From positions 13,558 through 77,557 of the forward strand of contig NZ_JARGNH010000013.1 of assembly GCF_029213205.1 (NCBI RefSeq): 64,000 bases of DNA. The letters run 5' to 3'. The stretch comes from Pseudooceanicola sp. Lineage in GTDB: Bacteria; Pseudomonadota; Alphaproteobacteria; Rhodobacterales; Rhodobacteraceae. The translations under genes and the position numbers were made by a program. Within the stretch, counting starts at the first letter, position 1. Each line of letters begins with the position of its first letter. Positions 40,231 to 48,776 of the stretch are shown here, piece by piece. The notes beneath the pieces are model-generated. The model searched no databases. It had not been told where the DNA came from and saw only the letters and a list, made by a program, of their open reading frames with translations.

Positions 40231-41114
40231 TCGCGGCCCAGTCGACCCTTGGCGTTGTCGCTGCGGCGCTGGCGCTGTTGTCGCTTGGCTATGCCATCGT
40301 TGGCGCGATGAGCATTGTGCCCGCCACCAGCAGCGGTGCCCGAAAAATCTGGCCAATTCTGAATATCGAGGCCGCAATTGTCGGGTCGGTCTGCACAGTG
40401 TTCGCCTTTGCCCCGGTCCTGATGCCGCTGGCCTGCCTGGGGCTGATCCTGCGGGTGGTCTGGGAGGCGGCAAGCGTGCGGTTTCGCCCCGGCGGTGCCG
40501 GGCTGGCGATTGTCTGGGCGACAGCGGCGGGGCTTGGCTTTCTGCTGCTGATCCTGCTGGTGCCCTGGGGCTGGGCCGTGGCGCTGCTGGCGCTGGCCTG
40601 GCTGGCGGCGATGGTCATCCGCCTGACCCGGCCCGAGGCAGCTGCGGCCGATCTGTTCAGCTTTCCGGTGTTGCCGATCCTGGCCTTTGGCGTCAGCTGC
40701 ACCGGCGGCAACGAGGCGCTGTTTCTGGCCGCCTGGATCGGGATCGAGACCTTTGACAGCTACGCGCTGCTGGCGGGCAAGGTGTTTGGCCGCCACAAGG
40801 CGTTTCCGGCTCTCAGCCCGAACAAGACGATCGAGGGGCTGGCAGGCGGCGCGATCATGCTGGTGCTCACTGCGGGTGGCGCGGCGTTGCTGCTGCCCTC
40901 GGTCGCTTCTGGTCAGGCCATCGCCTTTGCCCTGCTGATCGGCGTGTTCACGGTGATCGGCGATCTGACCGCCTCGCATCTGAAACGGCGGGCCGGGGTC
41001 AAGGATTACCCGCAGCTGGTGCCGCATCAGGGCGGGCTATTCGACATCTTTGATTCCTGGATCGCGACCGGTGGCGCCCTGGCTGTGGTGCTGGCCGTCG
41101 CCGGTCTGGCATAG
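40227..41114 (+). CDS. Phosphatidate cytidylyltransferase (CdsA/CTP_transf_1)-like membrane protein
   Basis: DSYALLAGKVFGRH, LSPNKTIEG, GDLTASHLKRRAGVKD, HQGGLFDIFDS (variant of GHGG.LDR.DS). ATGA overlap with the SDR. Confidence 0.88.
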   Translation: MIAAQSTLGVVAAALALLSLGYAIVGAMSIVPATSSGARKIWPILNIEAAIVGSVCTVFAFAPVLMPLACLGLILRVVWEAASVRFRPGGAGLAIVWATAAGLGFLLLILLVPWGWAVALLALAWLAAMVIRLTRPEAAAADLFSFPVLPILAFGVSCTGGNEALFLAAWIGIETFDSYALLAGKVFGRHKAFPALSPNKTIEGLAGGAIMLVLTAGGAALLLPSVASGQAIAFALLIGVFTVIGDLTASHLKRRAGVKDYPQLVPHQGGLFDIFDSWIATGGALAVVLAVAGLA

Positions 41115-41124
41115 GAGCGGCCGG

Positions 41125-42255
41125 ATGCGTCCCTACCTGCGCCTTGTCCTGGGTCCGACCCTCACCGTCACGCTGTCGATTCTGGCGCTGGTCGAGATCG
41201 TCTTTCTGGCCGAGGAATTCACCGGCCTGCTGGAAACCATCGTCAGCACCGGCGGATCGGCGTTTGACCTGATCCGGCTGCTGTCCTGGAAGATCCCCGA
41301 AATCCTGGATCTGGCCCTGCCAATCGCGATCTTGGTCGGGGTTCATACCGCAGTCGGCCGGTCGCGCCGCGACGGCGAATTGGTGGTGCTCTCGGCGGCG
41401 GGGGCGCCGTCCTGGGGGCTGGTGTCCGGGTTCCTGCTGGTTGGACTGCTCGGGGCCTGCCTCAGCTTTGCGATCAGCGGCTTCATCGCCCCGGCCTCGA
41501 GCTTTGCCCAGCGTCTGGCGCTGCATGAAATGACCGTTTCGCATATTGCGGAGCAGATTTCGGCACCGGGTGAAAGCGGCACCACGCTGGTCACCAATGG
41601 CACCGATTTCGTCGCCACCGGCACCCCGGACGGGCCGCCATCGCTGATGGTGCGCCGTCCGCCGGGATCGAAACCCTGGCGCTATGCCTTTGCCGGGGAT
41701 TGGGAGGTCTTGGGCCCCGATGTCGAGGGCAACGGCACCTTCCGGTTGGGTCAGGTTTCAGCCTTTGGCGATTTGGAGCGGCTGGATGGCAAAACCGCCG
41801 AGGCGCAGCTGAACCGGATGGCAGCGGGAAGCGTCAAGGTCGGTTTCTCGATGGAGGATGTGCTGCCGGTGCTCGACAATGTGCCGCGCCGTCAGGAGCG
41901 GCCGGTGCTGCCGCTGACATTGGGGATCTTCAGCTTTGCTGCCGTCAACACCGCGATTGACCCGCAGCGTCTGGCGCTGACCATTGGGCGTTCGATGCTG
42001 GTGCCGGCGGCGGTGTTGCTGGCGTTGATGGCCGTCTGTGGCGGCACCGTGCCCGGGGTCCGGGCGGCGGCGTTTCCGATGGCGCTGATCGGGCTGGTGC
42101 TGACCGATCTGGTCGCCCGTGCCTGGCTCGGTGGGTTCAGCACGCCGAGGGCGCTGACTCTGGCCACCCTGTTCGTGGCGGTGGCGGCGGTCGCGGTGCC
42201 GATCTCGGCCTTGCGCCTTGCGGGTGAAGCGCTGATCCGGCCGGGGCGCGGATAA
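41125..42255 (+). CDS. LptF/LptG-family permease (divergent paralog)
   Basis: TM1, LPIAILVG...GRSRRDGELVVLSAAG, periplasmic beta-rich region, three C-terminal TMs. AGGAG RBS before ATG 41125. Confidence 0.82.
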   Translation: MRPYLRLVLGPTLTVTLSILALVEIVFLAEEFTGLLETIVSTGGSAFDLIRLLSWKIPEILDLALPIAILVGVHTAVGRSRRDGELVVLSAAGAPSWGLVSGFLLVGLLGACLSFAISGFIAPASSFAQRLALHEMTVSHIAEQISAPGESGTTLVTNGTDFVATGTPDGPPSLMVRRPPGSKPWRYAFAGDWEVLGPDVEGNGTFRLGQVSAFGDLERLDGKTAEAQLNRMAAGSVKVGFSMEDVLPVLDNVPRRQERPVLPLTLGIFSFAAVNTAIDPQRLALTIGRSMLVPAAVLLALMAVCGGTVPGVRAAAFPMALIGLVLTDLVARAWLGGFSTPRALTLATLFVAVAAVAVPISALRLAGEALIRPGRG

Positions 42256-43382
42256 TGGCGTTGCGCAGCCTCACCGGGCGGGCGATGCGGCTGGCATTGC
42301 GCGAACATTTCACCGCCGCGCTGTCGGTGCTGACCGCGTTGATCTTTGTCGCGCTGATGATCGATTTCGCCGACAGCTTTGACAGCCTCCGCGCCGCCGC
42401 CGAGGGCAAGTCTCTGTCGCTGGTGCTGGGCAAATACACCCTCTATCGGCTGACCGATATCGTGTCGCGGTTGCTGCCGGTGGCCACCTTGCTGGGCGCA
42501 TTCCTGGCCGAAGTCCGGCGCCGGGCGTTGCTGGAAACCGTTATCCTGGCGGCCTCGGGTGTGTCGGTTGCGCCGACCCTGGTGGCGCTGGGCCTGCTTG
42601 GCGGGCTGAGCGGTGCCCTGCAATGGAAGCTGGAGCGTGACTGGCGCCCGGCGGCGGTGTTCGCGCAGGTCGATTTGGGCGCTGGAGGCTATGCCGATCG
42701 CTATGCGCGCGGCTTGACCAGCGATCAGCATTGGTTCGTGCAGGACGATGCCGCGATTGTCGGCCGGGTGCTGGTCGGGTCCCGCCCTGAGCTGCGCGAG
42801 GCCAGCTATTTCATCGGTCTGCAGGGGCGCGGCTTTTCCCAGCTGGTCCGGGCCGAACGGGTGTATCCGCTGGGTGACGGCGATTGGCGTTTCGAAAACG
42901 CCGAGATCTGGGAGACGACAGCCAAAGGCAGCCTCGTCGGCCGCCCGGTCGCGGTGCTGGATCTGCCGTTGTGGATTGTGCCCGACCGGCTGGAATTTCT
43001 GCGCCCGTCACCGTTCTACCTGCCGCAGGATGTGCTGAACGCCCGGGCCACAGCGGCGCCGGAGGATCCCAAGATCGCCGCGACCCAATGGCGGCGCTAT
43101 ACTGCCTGGTTATTGCCGGGGTTGTTTGCCTTTCTCGGCGCCAGCCTGGCGATGACCGGGTTCCGGGGCCGGGTGACACGGATGCCGATCCTGATCGGCA
43201 TGGCCTTTGGCGGCTATCTGGTGACCCTGTCGCTCAAGGTGTTCTTTGCCCTGGGCGAACTCGGGGCGCTGTCGGCCCCGATCGCGGCGCTGGCGCCGCT
43301 GGGCCTGGCGCTGGGTCTCGGCGCCGGGCTGCAATGGTTGCTGAACAGAGAGGCGCGTGGCCGCCGTTTGCCGCTTGGATAA
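42255..43382 (+). CDS. LptF/LptG-family permease (divergent paralog)
   Basis: LLPVATLLGA...ETVILAASGVS, periplasmic region (A....GDGDWRFEN), three C-terminal TMs. TAATG overlap with the previous gene. Confidence 0.82.
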   Translation: MALRSLTGRAMRLALREHFTAALSVLTALIFVALMIDFADSFDSLRAAAEGKSLSLVLGKYTLYRLTDIVSRLLPVATLLGAFLAEVRRRALLETVILAASGVSVAPTLVALGLLGGLSGALQWKLERDWRPAAVFAQVDLGAGGYADRYARGLTSDQHWFVQDDAAIVGRVLVGSRPELREASYFIGLQGRGFSQLVRAERVYPLGDGDWRFENAEIWETTAKGSLVGRPVAVLDLPLWIVPDRLEFLRPSPFYLPQDVLNARATAAPEDPKIAATQWRRYTAWLLPGLFAFLGASLAMTGFRGRVTRMPILIGMAFGGYLVTLSLKVFFALGELGALSAPIAALAPLGLALGLGAGLQWLLNREARGRRLPLG

Positions 43383-43398
43383 TCCCGCCGCAGCCTGG

Positions 43399-44157
43399 TC
43401 AGATCGCCTGGGCGCGTCCGGGTGCCCGCGGCAGCCCGGCGCTGGCGAGGGGCCAGACCCGCATATAGGCATCCGCCAGCATGGTTTCGTCGTCAACCTC
43501 GGCCCAGGCCAGATCGTCGATCAGCGGGCAGGTATAGCTGTGACCGGCGGCATGCGCGACCAGCCCGCTTTCGTAATCGGCCTTGATATCGGCGCCGATC
43601 AGCTTTTGCGCGGTGGCGCGAAAGGCGTCCAGGTCGGTCGCGGCGAGGGCGGAGATCCCGACCAACTCGCCACGATGCGCCTCGTCCCGGTGATCGGCGC
43701 GCTTCGACATGTCGATCAACTGGCTGTCGGCTTTGGTCCAGACATAGACCTCGTCCCCGGCGCTGGTTGGCCCGGACAGGACCAGCCCCGAAGTGCCGCG
43801 CAGCATCGGATCGAGCGCCCGGGGCTCATACATGATGTCAGATTCCAGGATCACCACCGGGCCGCTCAGCCCCGCCAGCCCGCATCCCAGCGACCACAGG
43901 CTGCCCGAGCGGTGGTAATCGGCGTTGTGCACCAGCTCGACCCCCGGCGTCGCCGAAAATTCCTGCCGGTAGGCTTCGGCCAGATGGCCGGTGACGATCC
44001 GCACCTTGGAAATGCCGCGATCGGCAAGGTGCAGCACCGAGGCGCGCACCAGCGGCATCCCGTCCAGCGCGATCATCCCCTTGGGTGTCAGCCGCCCACG
44101 GGCGCCCATCCGCACCCCCAAACCGGCCGCCACGATCACTGCTGTGCACTCGGTCAT
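43399..44157 (-). CDS. NTP transferase, phosphocholine/inositol-1-phosphate cytidylyltransferase (LicC/IPCT)-like
   Basis: AVIVAAGLGVRMG...PKGM, NADY..SGSLWSL, LESDIMY, GELVGIS, WAEVDD. ATG at 44157 after GGAG. Confidence 0.88.
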   Translation of the reverse strand: MTECTAVIVAAGLGVRMGARGRLTPKGMIALDGMPLVRASVLHLADRGISKVRIVTGHLAEAYRQEFSATPGVELVHNADYHRSGSLWSLGCGLAGLSGPVVILESDIMYEPRALDPMLRGTSGLVLSGPTSAGDEVYVWTKADSQLIDMSKRADHRDEAHRGELVGISALAATDLDAFRATAQKLIGADIKADYESGLVAHAAGHSYTCPLIDDLAWAEVDDETMLADAYMRVWPLASAGLPRAPGRAQAI

Positions 44158-44267
44158 AGTCAACTTCTCCGGCGCGCTGAATCTGCAGCGCGCATGTTAC
44201 CAATGTTCCGTAAATTTGTTACAGCACCGGAATGCCTGCGCCAAGCTAAGAACGGAGTAACGATCGA

Positions 44268-44981
44268 GTGACTGAATCTCAAACCCCAAGTGTCGGTGCC
44301 TTGGTGCGCAATTATCTGCACAGTCCGAAACATGATGAGGAACTGCATGGCAATTGGGTGATGGCGCTGCTGCATCGTTGGCCGGGATTTCTCCTGAGCG
44401 CGCTGTTCTTGCGCGCCGGGATCAGTGCCAATGCGGTGACGCTGACCGGTGCGACGTTTGCCCTGATATTGCCGCTCATGGCCTGGCTGCTGCCGGTACC
44501 TCTGGCCGCCTGGACAGTGCTGGTGCTGGGCAGTTTGGTTATCACGCTGGATTGCTGCGATGGTGATATCGCGCGTTGGACCGGCAGCGCATCAAGGCAT
44601 GGCGCCCAACTGGACTTCGTCGTTGATATGGCGCTGTGGGGTCTCTTGTACGGATCTCTCGGGTTGCTCGCTGACCGGGCGGGTGTCGGTGACGGGGGCG
44701 CTGTCGTGACAGGCGGCTGGACCGCGCTGGCGCTGGGGTCGGCCTGGTTGCGGTTGCTGGCACGGGTGATCAACGATGCCGCTGGCGGCGGCCAGACCGT
44801 GGGTCAAGGCCCCTGGACCGTGACTACCGCCCTGACCGCCTTCGTTGCCGGGTTGTCGGGCGCCTTGCCGTTTCTGGCACCGCTGGTGATCTGGCACCCG
44901 GCGCTGATCTGGCTGTTGGCGCTTTATGCCATTGCCGATGTTGTCAACGCGCTGTGGCGGATGATGGTGCGGGCCGGTTGA
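44268..44981 (+). CDS. CDP-alcohol phosphatidyltransferase family protein (copy 1)
   Basis: ISANAVT and the family motif DCCDGDIARWTGSASRHGAQLDFVVD. Confidence 0.9.
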   Translation: MTESQTPSVGALVRNYLHSPKHDEELHGNWVMALLHRWPGFLLSALFLRAGISANAVTLTGATFALILPLMAWLLPVPLAAWTVLVLGSLVITLDCCDGDIARWTGSASRHGAQLDFVVDMALWGLLYGSLGLLADRAGVGDGGAVVTGGWTALALGSAWLRLLARVINDAAGGGQTVGQGPWTVTTALTAFVAGLSGALPFLAPLVIWHPALIWLLALYAIADVVNALWRMMVRAG

Positions 44982-46093
44982 TGCGGATTGTGCATGTCAG
45001 CCCCTATCCGATGGCCCGGCCCGGCGGGGTGCAGAGCAATATCCGGGATCTCTGCGCCTGGTTGGAGCGCCAGGGCCATGAGGTGCGGATTCTGGCCCCG
45101 GATGCGCAAGATGACGCCGCCACCCGCCGCATCGCCCTCGGCCATGCGCGCGAGGTGACGCTGCATGGCACCGAGTTCGAGTTCAGCTATGCCGGGCCAC
45201 TGGCGCTGTCACGCGCGGCGCGCGGGTTGCGCGACTGGGGGGCGGAACTGGTGCATCTGCACACCCCATGGACCCCGATGATGCCCTGGCAGCTGTGGCG
45301 CAAGCTGCGCCTGCCCAGCGTCGCCACCTTTCACGCCACCTTGCCTGATATCGACCCGGCAACCGCCAAGCCGGGGCTGGAGGACCGCTTCATCGCCCGC
45401 GCGGCGCGCTATTACCACCGCCGGTTGGCGGCGTTGATCGTGCCGTCTTCGGCGCCCCAGGCACAATGGGCGCGGCTGGGGGTGACGCCGTTGCCGCAGA
45501 TCCTGCCGCCGACCATCAACCTGGCCGATTGGCGCGCCGCCGACCCTGGCACAGCCCGGCGCGCGGGGCCGTTCCGGGTGATCTATCTGGGCCGGTTCGA
45601 GGCGCGCAAAGGTGTCGATGTGCTGCTCAGCGCCTGGGCGCAACGCCCGGCAGCGTTGCGCGACGCTGAACTGGTCCTGGCCGGGCGCGGTGCCCTGCCG
45701 GGCCCGCTGCCCGAAGGGGCGCGGCTGGTGTCCGACCCGGACCGGGCCGCTGCGATTCGGCTGGTGGCCGAGGCCGATGTTTCGGTGGCCCCGGCGGGCT
45801 GGGGCGAAAGCTTTGGCCTGGTGCTGATCGAGGCGATGGCGGCGGGCACGGTGCCGGTGGCGGCGGCCAATGCGGGCTATGCCACGGTGATGACCGGGGC
45901 CGGACGCGATCTGCTGTTCGAACCGGGCGATGCCGCCGGGCTGGCGGCGCGGCTGGCGGAGTTGGCAACCGGGCCCGCGCGGCTGGCCAGGCTGGCCGAC
46001 TGGGGCCGTGCCCATGCGCTCGACTACGATGTCAGCCGGGTCGGACCGGCCTATCTGCGGGTTTACGAGGCGGCTCTGGAGACGCGTTCATAG
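44981..46093 (+). CDS. GT4 glycosyltransferase, PimA-like
   Basis: SPYPMARPGGVQSNI (cf. the PimA PGGVQSH loop), HLHTP, ATFH, YLGRFEARKG, ESFGLVLIEAMAAG. TGATG overlap with the previous gene. Confidence 0.88.
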   Translation: MRIVHVSPYPMARPGGVQSNIRDLCAWLERQGHEVRILAPDAQDDAATRRIALGHAREVTLHGTEFEFSYAGPLALSRAARGLRDWGAELVHLHTPWTPMMPWQLWRKLRLPSVATFHATLPDIDPATAKPGLEDRFIARAARYYHRRLAALIVPSSAPQAQWARLGVTPLPQILPPTINLADWRAADPGTARRAGPFRVIYLGRFEARKGVDVLLSAWAQRPAALRDAELVLAGRGALPGPLPEGARLVSDPDRAAAIRLVAEADVSVAPAGWGESFGLVLIEAMAAGTVPVAAANAGYATVMTGAGRDLLFEPGDAAGLAARLAELATGPARLARLADWGRAHALDYDVSRVGPAYLRVYEAALETRS

Positions 46094-47046
46094 GGCGAGG
46101 GATTGGGATGCTGGCGCTCAAGCCAGCGGCGCATCATCGCCACCACCCGCGGGTTCGGACGTTCACCGAAATTGTCGTTCAGCGTCGTGGTGATCGGATT
46201 GGCGCGCGCGTTCCATTGCAGCTTGGCCCAGGTCCAGGGCAGCAGGTTGTCGACACCGATATAGCCCTCCATCTGCCGGGCCTCAGCGGCAGTGGCGGCG
46301 CGGGCCCAGCCTTCGGCCACCGCGACCTGCGGATAGAGGAACTCCGGCGGCACATCCTGCGGGCTGCGAAACCGGCTCTGCCGGGTGGTGACAATCTCAG
46401 CCGCGAAACGATCGGTCATCGCGGCGAAATTGACCTTGTCGATCAGCTTCGGTCCATGGATCACATGGAACCGCTCGCGGGCGCCATAGCTGCGGTCAAG
46501 GGCGGCGGCGGCCCGCGCCAAAGCATGGTTCCAGGCGCTGTCCTTCTGTGTCAATTGTGCCCCGGTCCGCACCCGGCGAGTTGAAAAATGTGCCACGCTG
46601 CGGCCATCCGGATCGCGCAGCCCGGCCAGCAGGCCGGGGCGGTTCACCAGCATGTCATCCTCGAAATAAAGAAACCGCTCGCTGAGCCCGGGCAACAGAT
46701 GCAGATGGCTGACAATCGCAAAGGAATTGAAGGTCGGCAGGATCGCCGGATCCATCACCTGGTCGTGGTGATGCACGGTGATCCCCGGTGCTTCGACGTT
46801 CAGCCAGGCTGGCACCTGCGGGCGGCAGGACAGGATATGCACATGGCCCAGTTCCGGCAAATGCCGCAACGAACGCAGCGCATAGCGCAGCGTGTCCAGA
46901 TTGTCGCGGGTGCGGTTGGCGCTGCTGTCGGCGGGCAGATCGGCATAGTGCGACTGGGTCTCACGATACCCCTCAAAGCGGTCGTCGACCCAGGTGTAGA
47001 CCACGTCGATCTTGCCGGTTTCCGTGGGTCTGCCGGTTGCTGTCAT
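46063..47046 (-). CDS. Stealth-family hexose-1-phosphate transferase
   Basis: CR1 IDVVYTWVD; CR2 LRYALRSL...PTFNSFAI..LHLLPGLSERFLYFEDD; CR3 HGPKLIDK...RFRSPQD; CR4 LNDNF. Confidence 0.9.
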   Translation of the reverse strand: MTATGRPTETGKIDVVYTWVDDRFEGYRETQSHYADLPADSSANRTRDNLDTLRYALRSLRHLPELGHVHILSCRPQVPAWLNVEAPGITVHHHDQVMDPAILPTFNSFAIVSHLHLLPGLSERFLYFEDDMLVNRPGLLAGLRDPDGRSVAHFSTRRVRTGAQLTQKDSAWNHALARAAAALDRSYGARERFHVIHGPKLIDKVNFAAMTDRFAAEIVTTRQSRFRSPQDVPPEFLYPQVAVAEGWARAATAAEARQMEGYIGVDNLLPWTWAKLQWNARANPITTTLNDNFGERPNPRVVAMMRRWLERQHPNPSPYERVSRAAS

Positions 47047-47228
47047 ATTGCCCTCTGCCGCTGTCCTGGGGATCGCACCAGACGCCCTGATAGCCGAGCG
47101 TGAAGGCCGCGTCGAGGCGGACCAATTGCCACCCCGTGGCCGCCCCATTGCCGGTTGCTGCATTTCGCCTGCCATGGCACAACCTCCGGGCCTGAAACAG
47201 CAGGTGTAGGGACAGAAAGAACGCCGGA

Positions 47229-48776
47229 ATGAGCCAGGGAGAGCTGATCATCGCCGCCGATTTCGGCACGTCGGGCGTCAAGCTGGGTGTGGTGGGTGAA
47301 GGCATGTCGCTGTTGGCCCGCCGGGTCGAACACTATCCAATCCAGCTCGCCTCGGGCGGGGTGGCCGAACAGCGCCCCGAAGATTGGTGGGCGGCGTTGG
47401 CCCGTGGTCTGTCGGCGCTTGAGGCCGAGCTTCCCGGCACCCTGTCACAGGCCGGTGCGCTGGTGTTCTCGGCGCAGATGTGTGGCGTCACCTGTGTCGA
47501 TGCCGACGGTGTGCCGCTGCGACCCTGCATCATCTGGCAGGACACGCGCGCCGGCGATATTGCCCGCAGGCTGGTCGGTGGTTTCCCGGAGGCGTTGGGA
47601 TACAACCTGAACCGCCTGGCGCGCTGGATCCGGATTGCCAATGGCGCCCCGGCCAAGAACGGCATGGATCCAATCGCCAAGATGCATTTCCTGATGCGCA
47701 ACGAGCCGGAGATCTGGGCGAAGACCCACCGCACCCTGGATGTGAAGGATTGGCTGATCCACCGCGCCACCGGCCGGTTTGTCACCACCGCCGACAGCGC
47801 CAATGTGACCTGGCTGATGGACACCCGCCCGGGCCGTGAAGGCTGGTCCAAGGCTCTGTCAAAGATGACGGGCATGCCGCTGGACAAGTTGCCCGAGATT
47901 GTTGATGGCAGCGATGTGGTCGGGGTTCTGACCCCGCGTGCCGCCGCCGAGCTGGGCCTGCCCGCCGATCTGCCGGTGGTCGCCGGCGGCGGCGATGTCA
48001 CCGCGACGGCGCTGGGATCAGGCGCGGTGGCCGACGGGGCGCTGCATCTCTGCATCTCGACTTCGGCTTGGGTCAGCGGCTTTTTTCCGCGCCGGATTCT
48101 CAGTGTGCCCAGCTCTTTCGCGACGGTGGCCAGCAGTGCGGGCAATCGCCCGCTGCTGATCGCCACCCAGGAAAGCGCCGGATCGGCTCTGGAATGGGTG
48201 GCGCGGCTGATGGGCTATGGCGCGCAGCCGGATCTGGTCGCCGCCTTTGGCGATCCTGGCGACTGGCGCGAGGATGATCCGTTTCTGATCCCGTGGTTTG
48301 CGGGCGAGAGGGTGCCGGTCGACAATGACACGCTGCGCGGGGTGATTCACGGGCTGTCGATTGACCATGACCGCAACGCGGTCGCGCGCGCCGCCATCGA
48401 AGGCGTCGCGCTGAACCTGCGCTGGGCCCATGAGGCGGTGGCCAAGAAGCCGGGAGTCAAGCTTGACGGGCCCTTGCCGCTGGTCGGCGGCGGCGCCACC
48501 AACCCGGTGCTGGCGCAATGCGTTGCCGACGCGCTGAACCGTGAGGTGACCACCGGCGAAAGCCAGTTCGCCGGGGTGCTGGGCACCGCCGCGCTGGCCG
48601 CCCCGGCGATGGGCTGGGATCCGGATGTCTGGCATGCGGCGGCGCGGCTGTCCGACCGGGTGCAGGCGCGGTATCTGCCGTTGCCGGACCGTCACGAGAT
48701 GATCGAACGTCGCTATGCCCGTCTGCGCAAGCTGCGGAAAACCATGGTGAAAACCTTTCCTGGGAGCGCGGCATGA
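47229..48776 (+). CDS. FGGY-family carbohydrate kinase (xylulokinase-like)
   Basis: ADFGTSGVK, EQRPEDWW, IIWQDTRA, GGGDVTA, FAGERVP, AAIEGVA, VGGGATN. Confidence 0.9.
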   Translation: MSQGELIIAADFGTSGVKLGVVGEGMSLLARRVEHYPIQLASGGVAEQRPEDWWAALARGLSALEAELPGTLSQAGALVFSAQMCGVTCVDADGVPLRPCIIWQDTRAGDIARRLVGGFPEALGYNLNRLARWIRIANGAPAKNGMDPIAKMHFLMRNEPEIWAKTHRTLDVKDWLIHRATGRFVTTADSANVTWLMDTRPGREGWSKALSKMTGMPLDKLPEIVDGSDVVGVLTPRAAAELGLPADLPVVAGGGDVTATALGSGAVADGALHLCISTSAWVSGFFPRRILSVPSSFATVASSAGNRPLLIATQESAGSALEWVARLMGYGAQPDLVAAFGDPGDWREDDPFLIPWFAGERVPVDNDTLRGVIHGLSIDHDRNAVARAAIEGVALNLRWAHEAVAKKPGVKLDGPLPLVGGGATNPVLAQCVADALNREVTTGESQFAGVLGTAALAAPAMGWDPDVWHAAARLSDRVQARYLPLPDRHEMIERRYARLRKLRKTMVKTFPGSAA

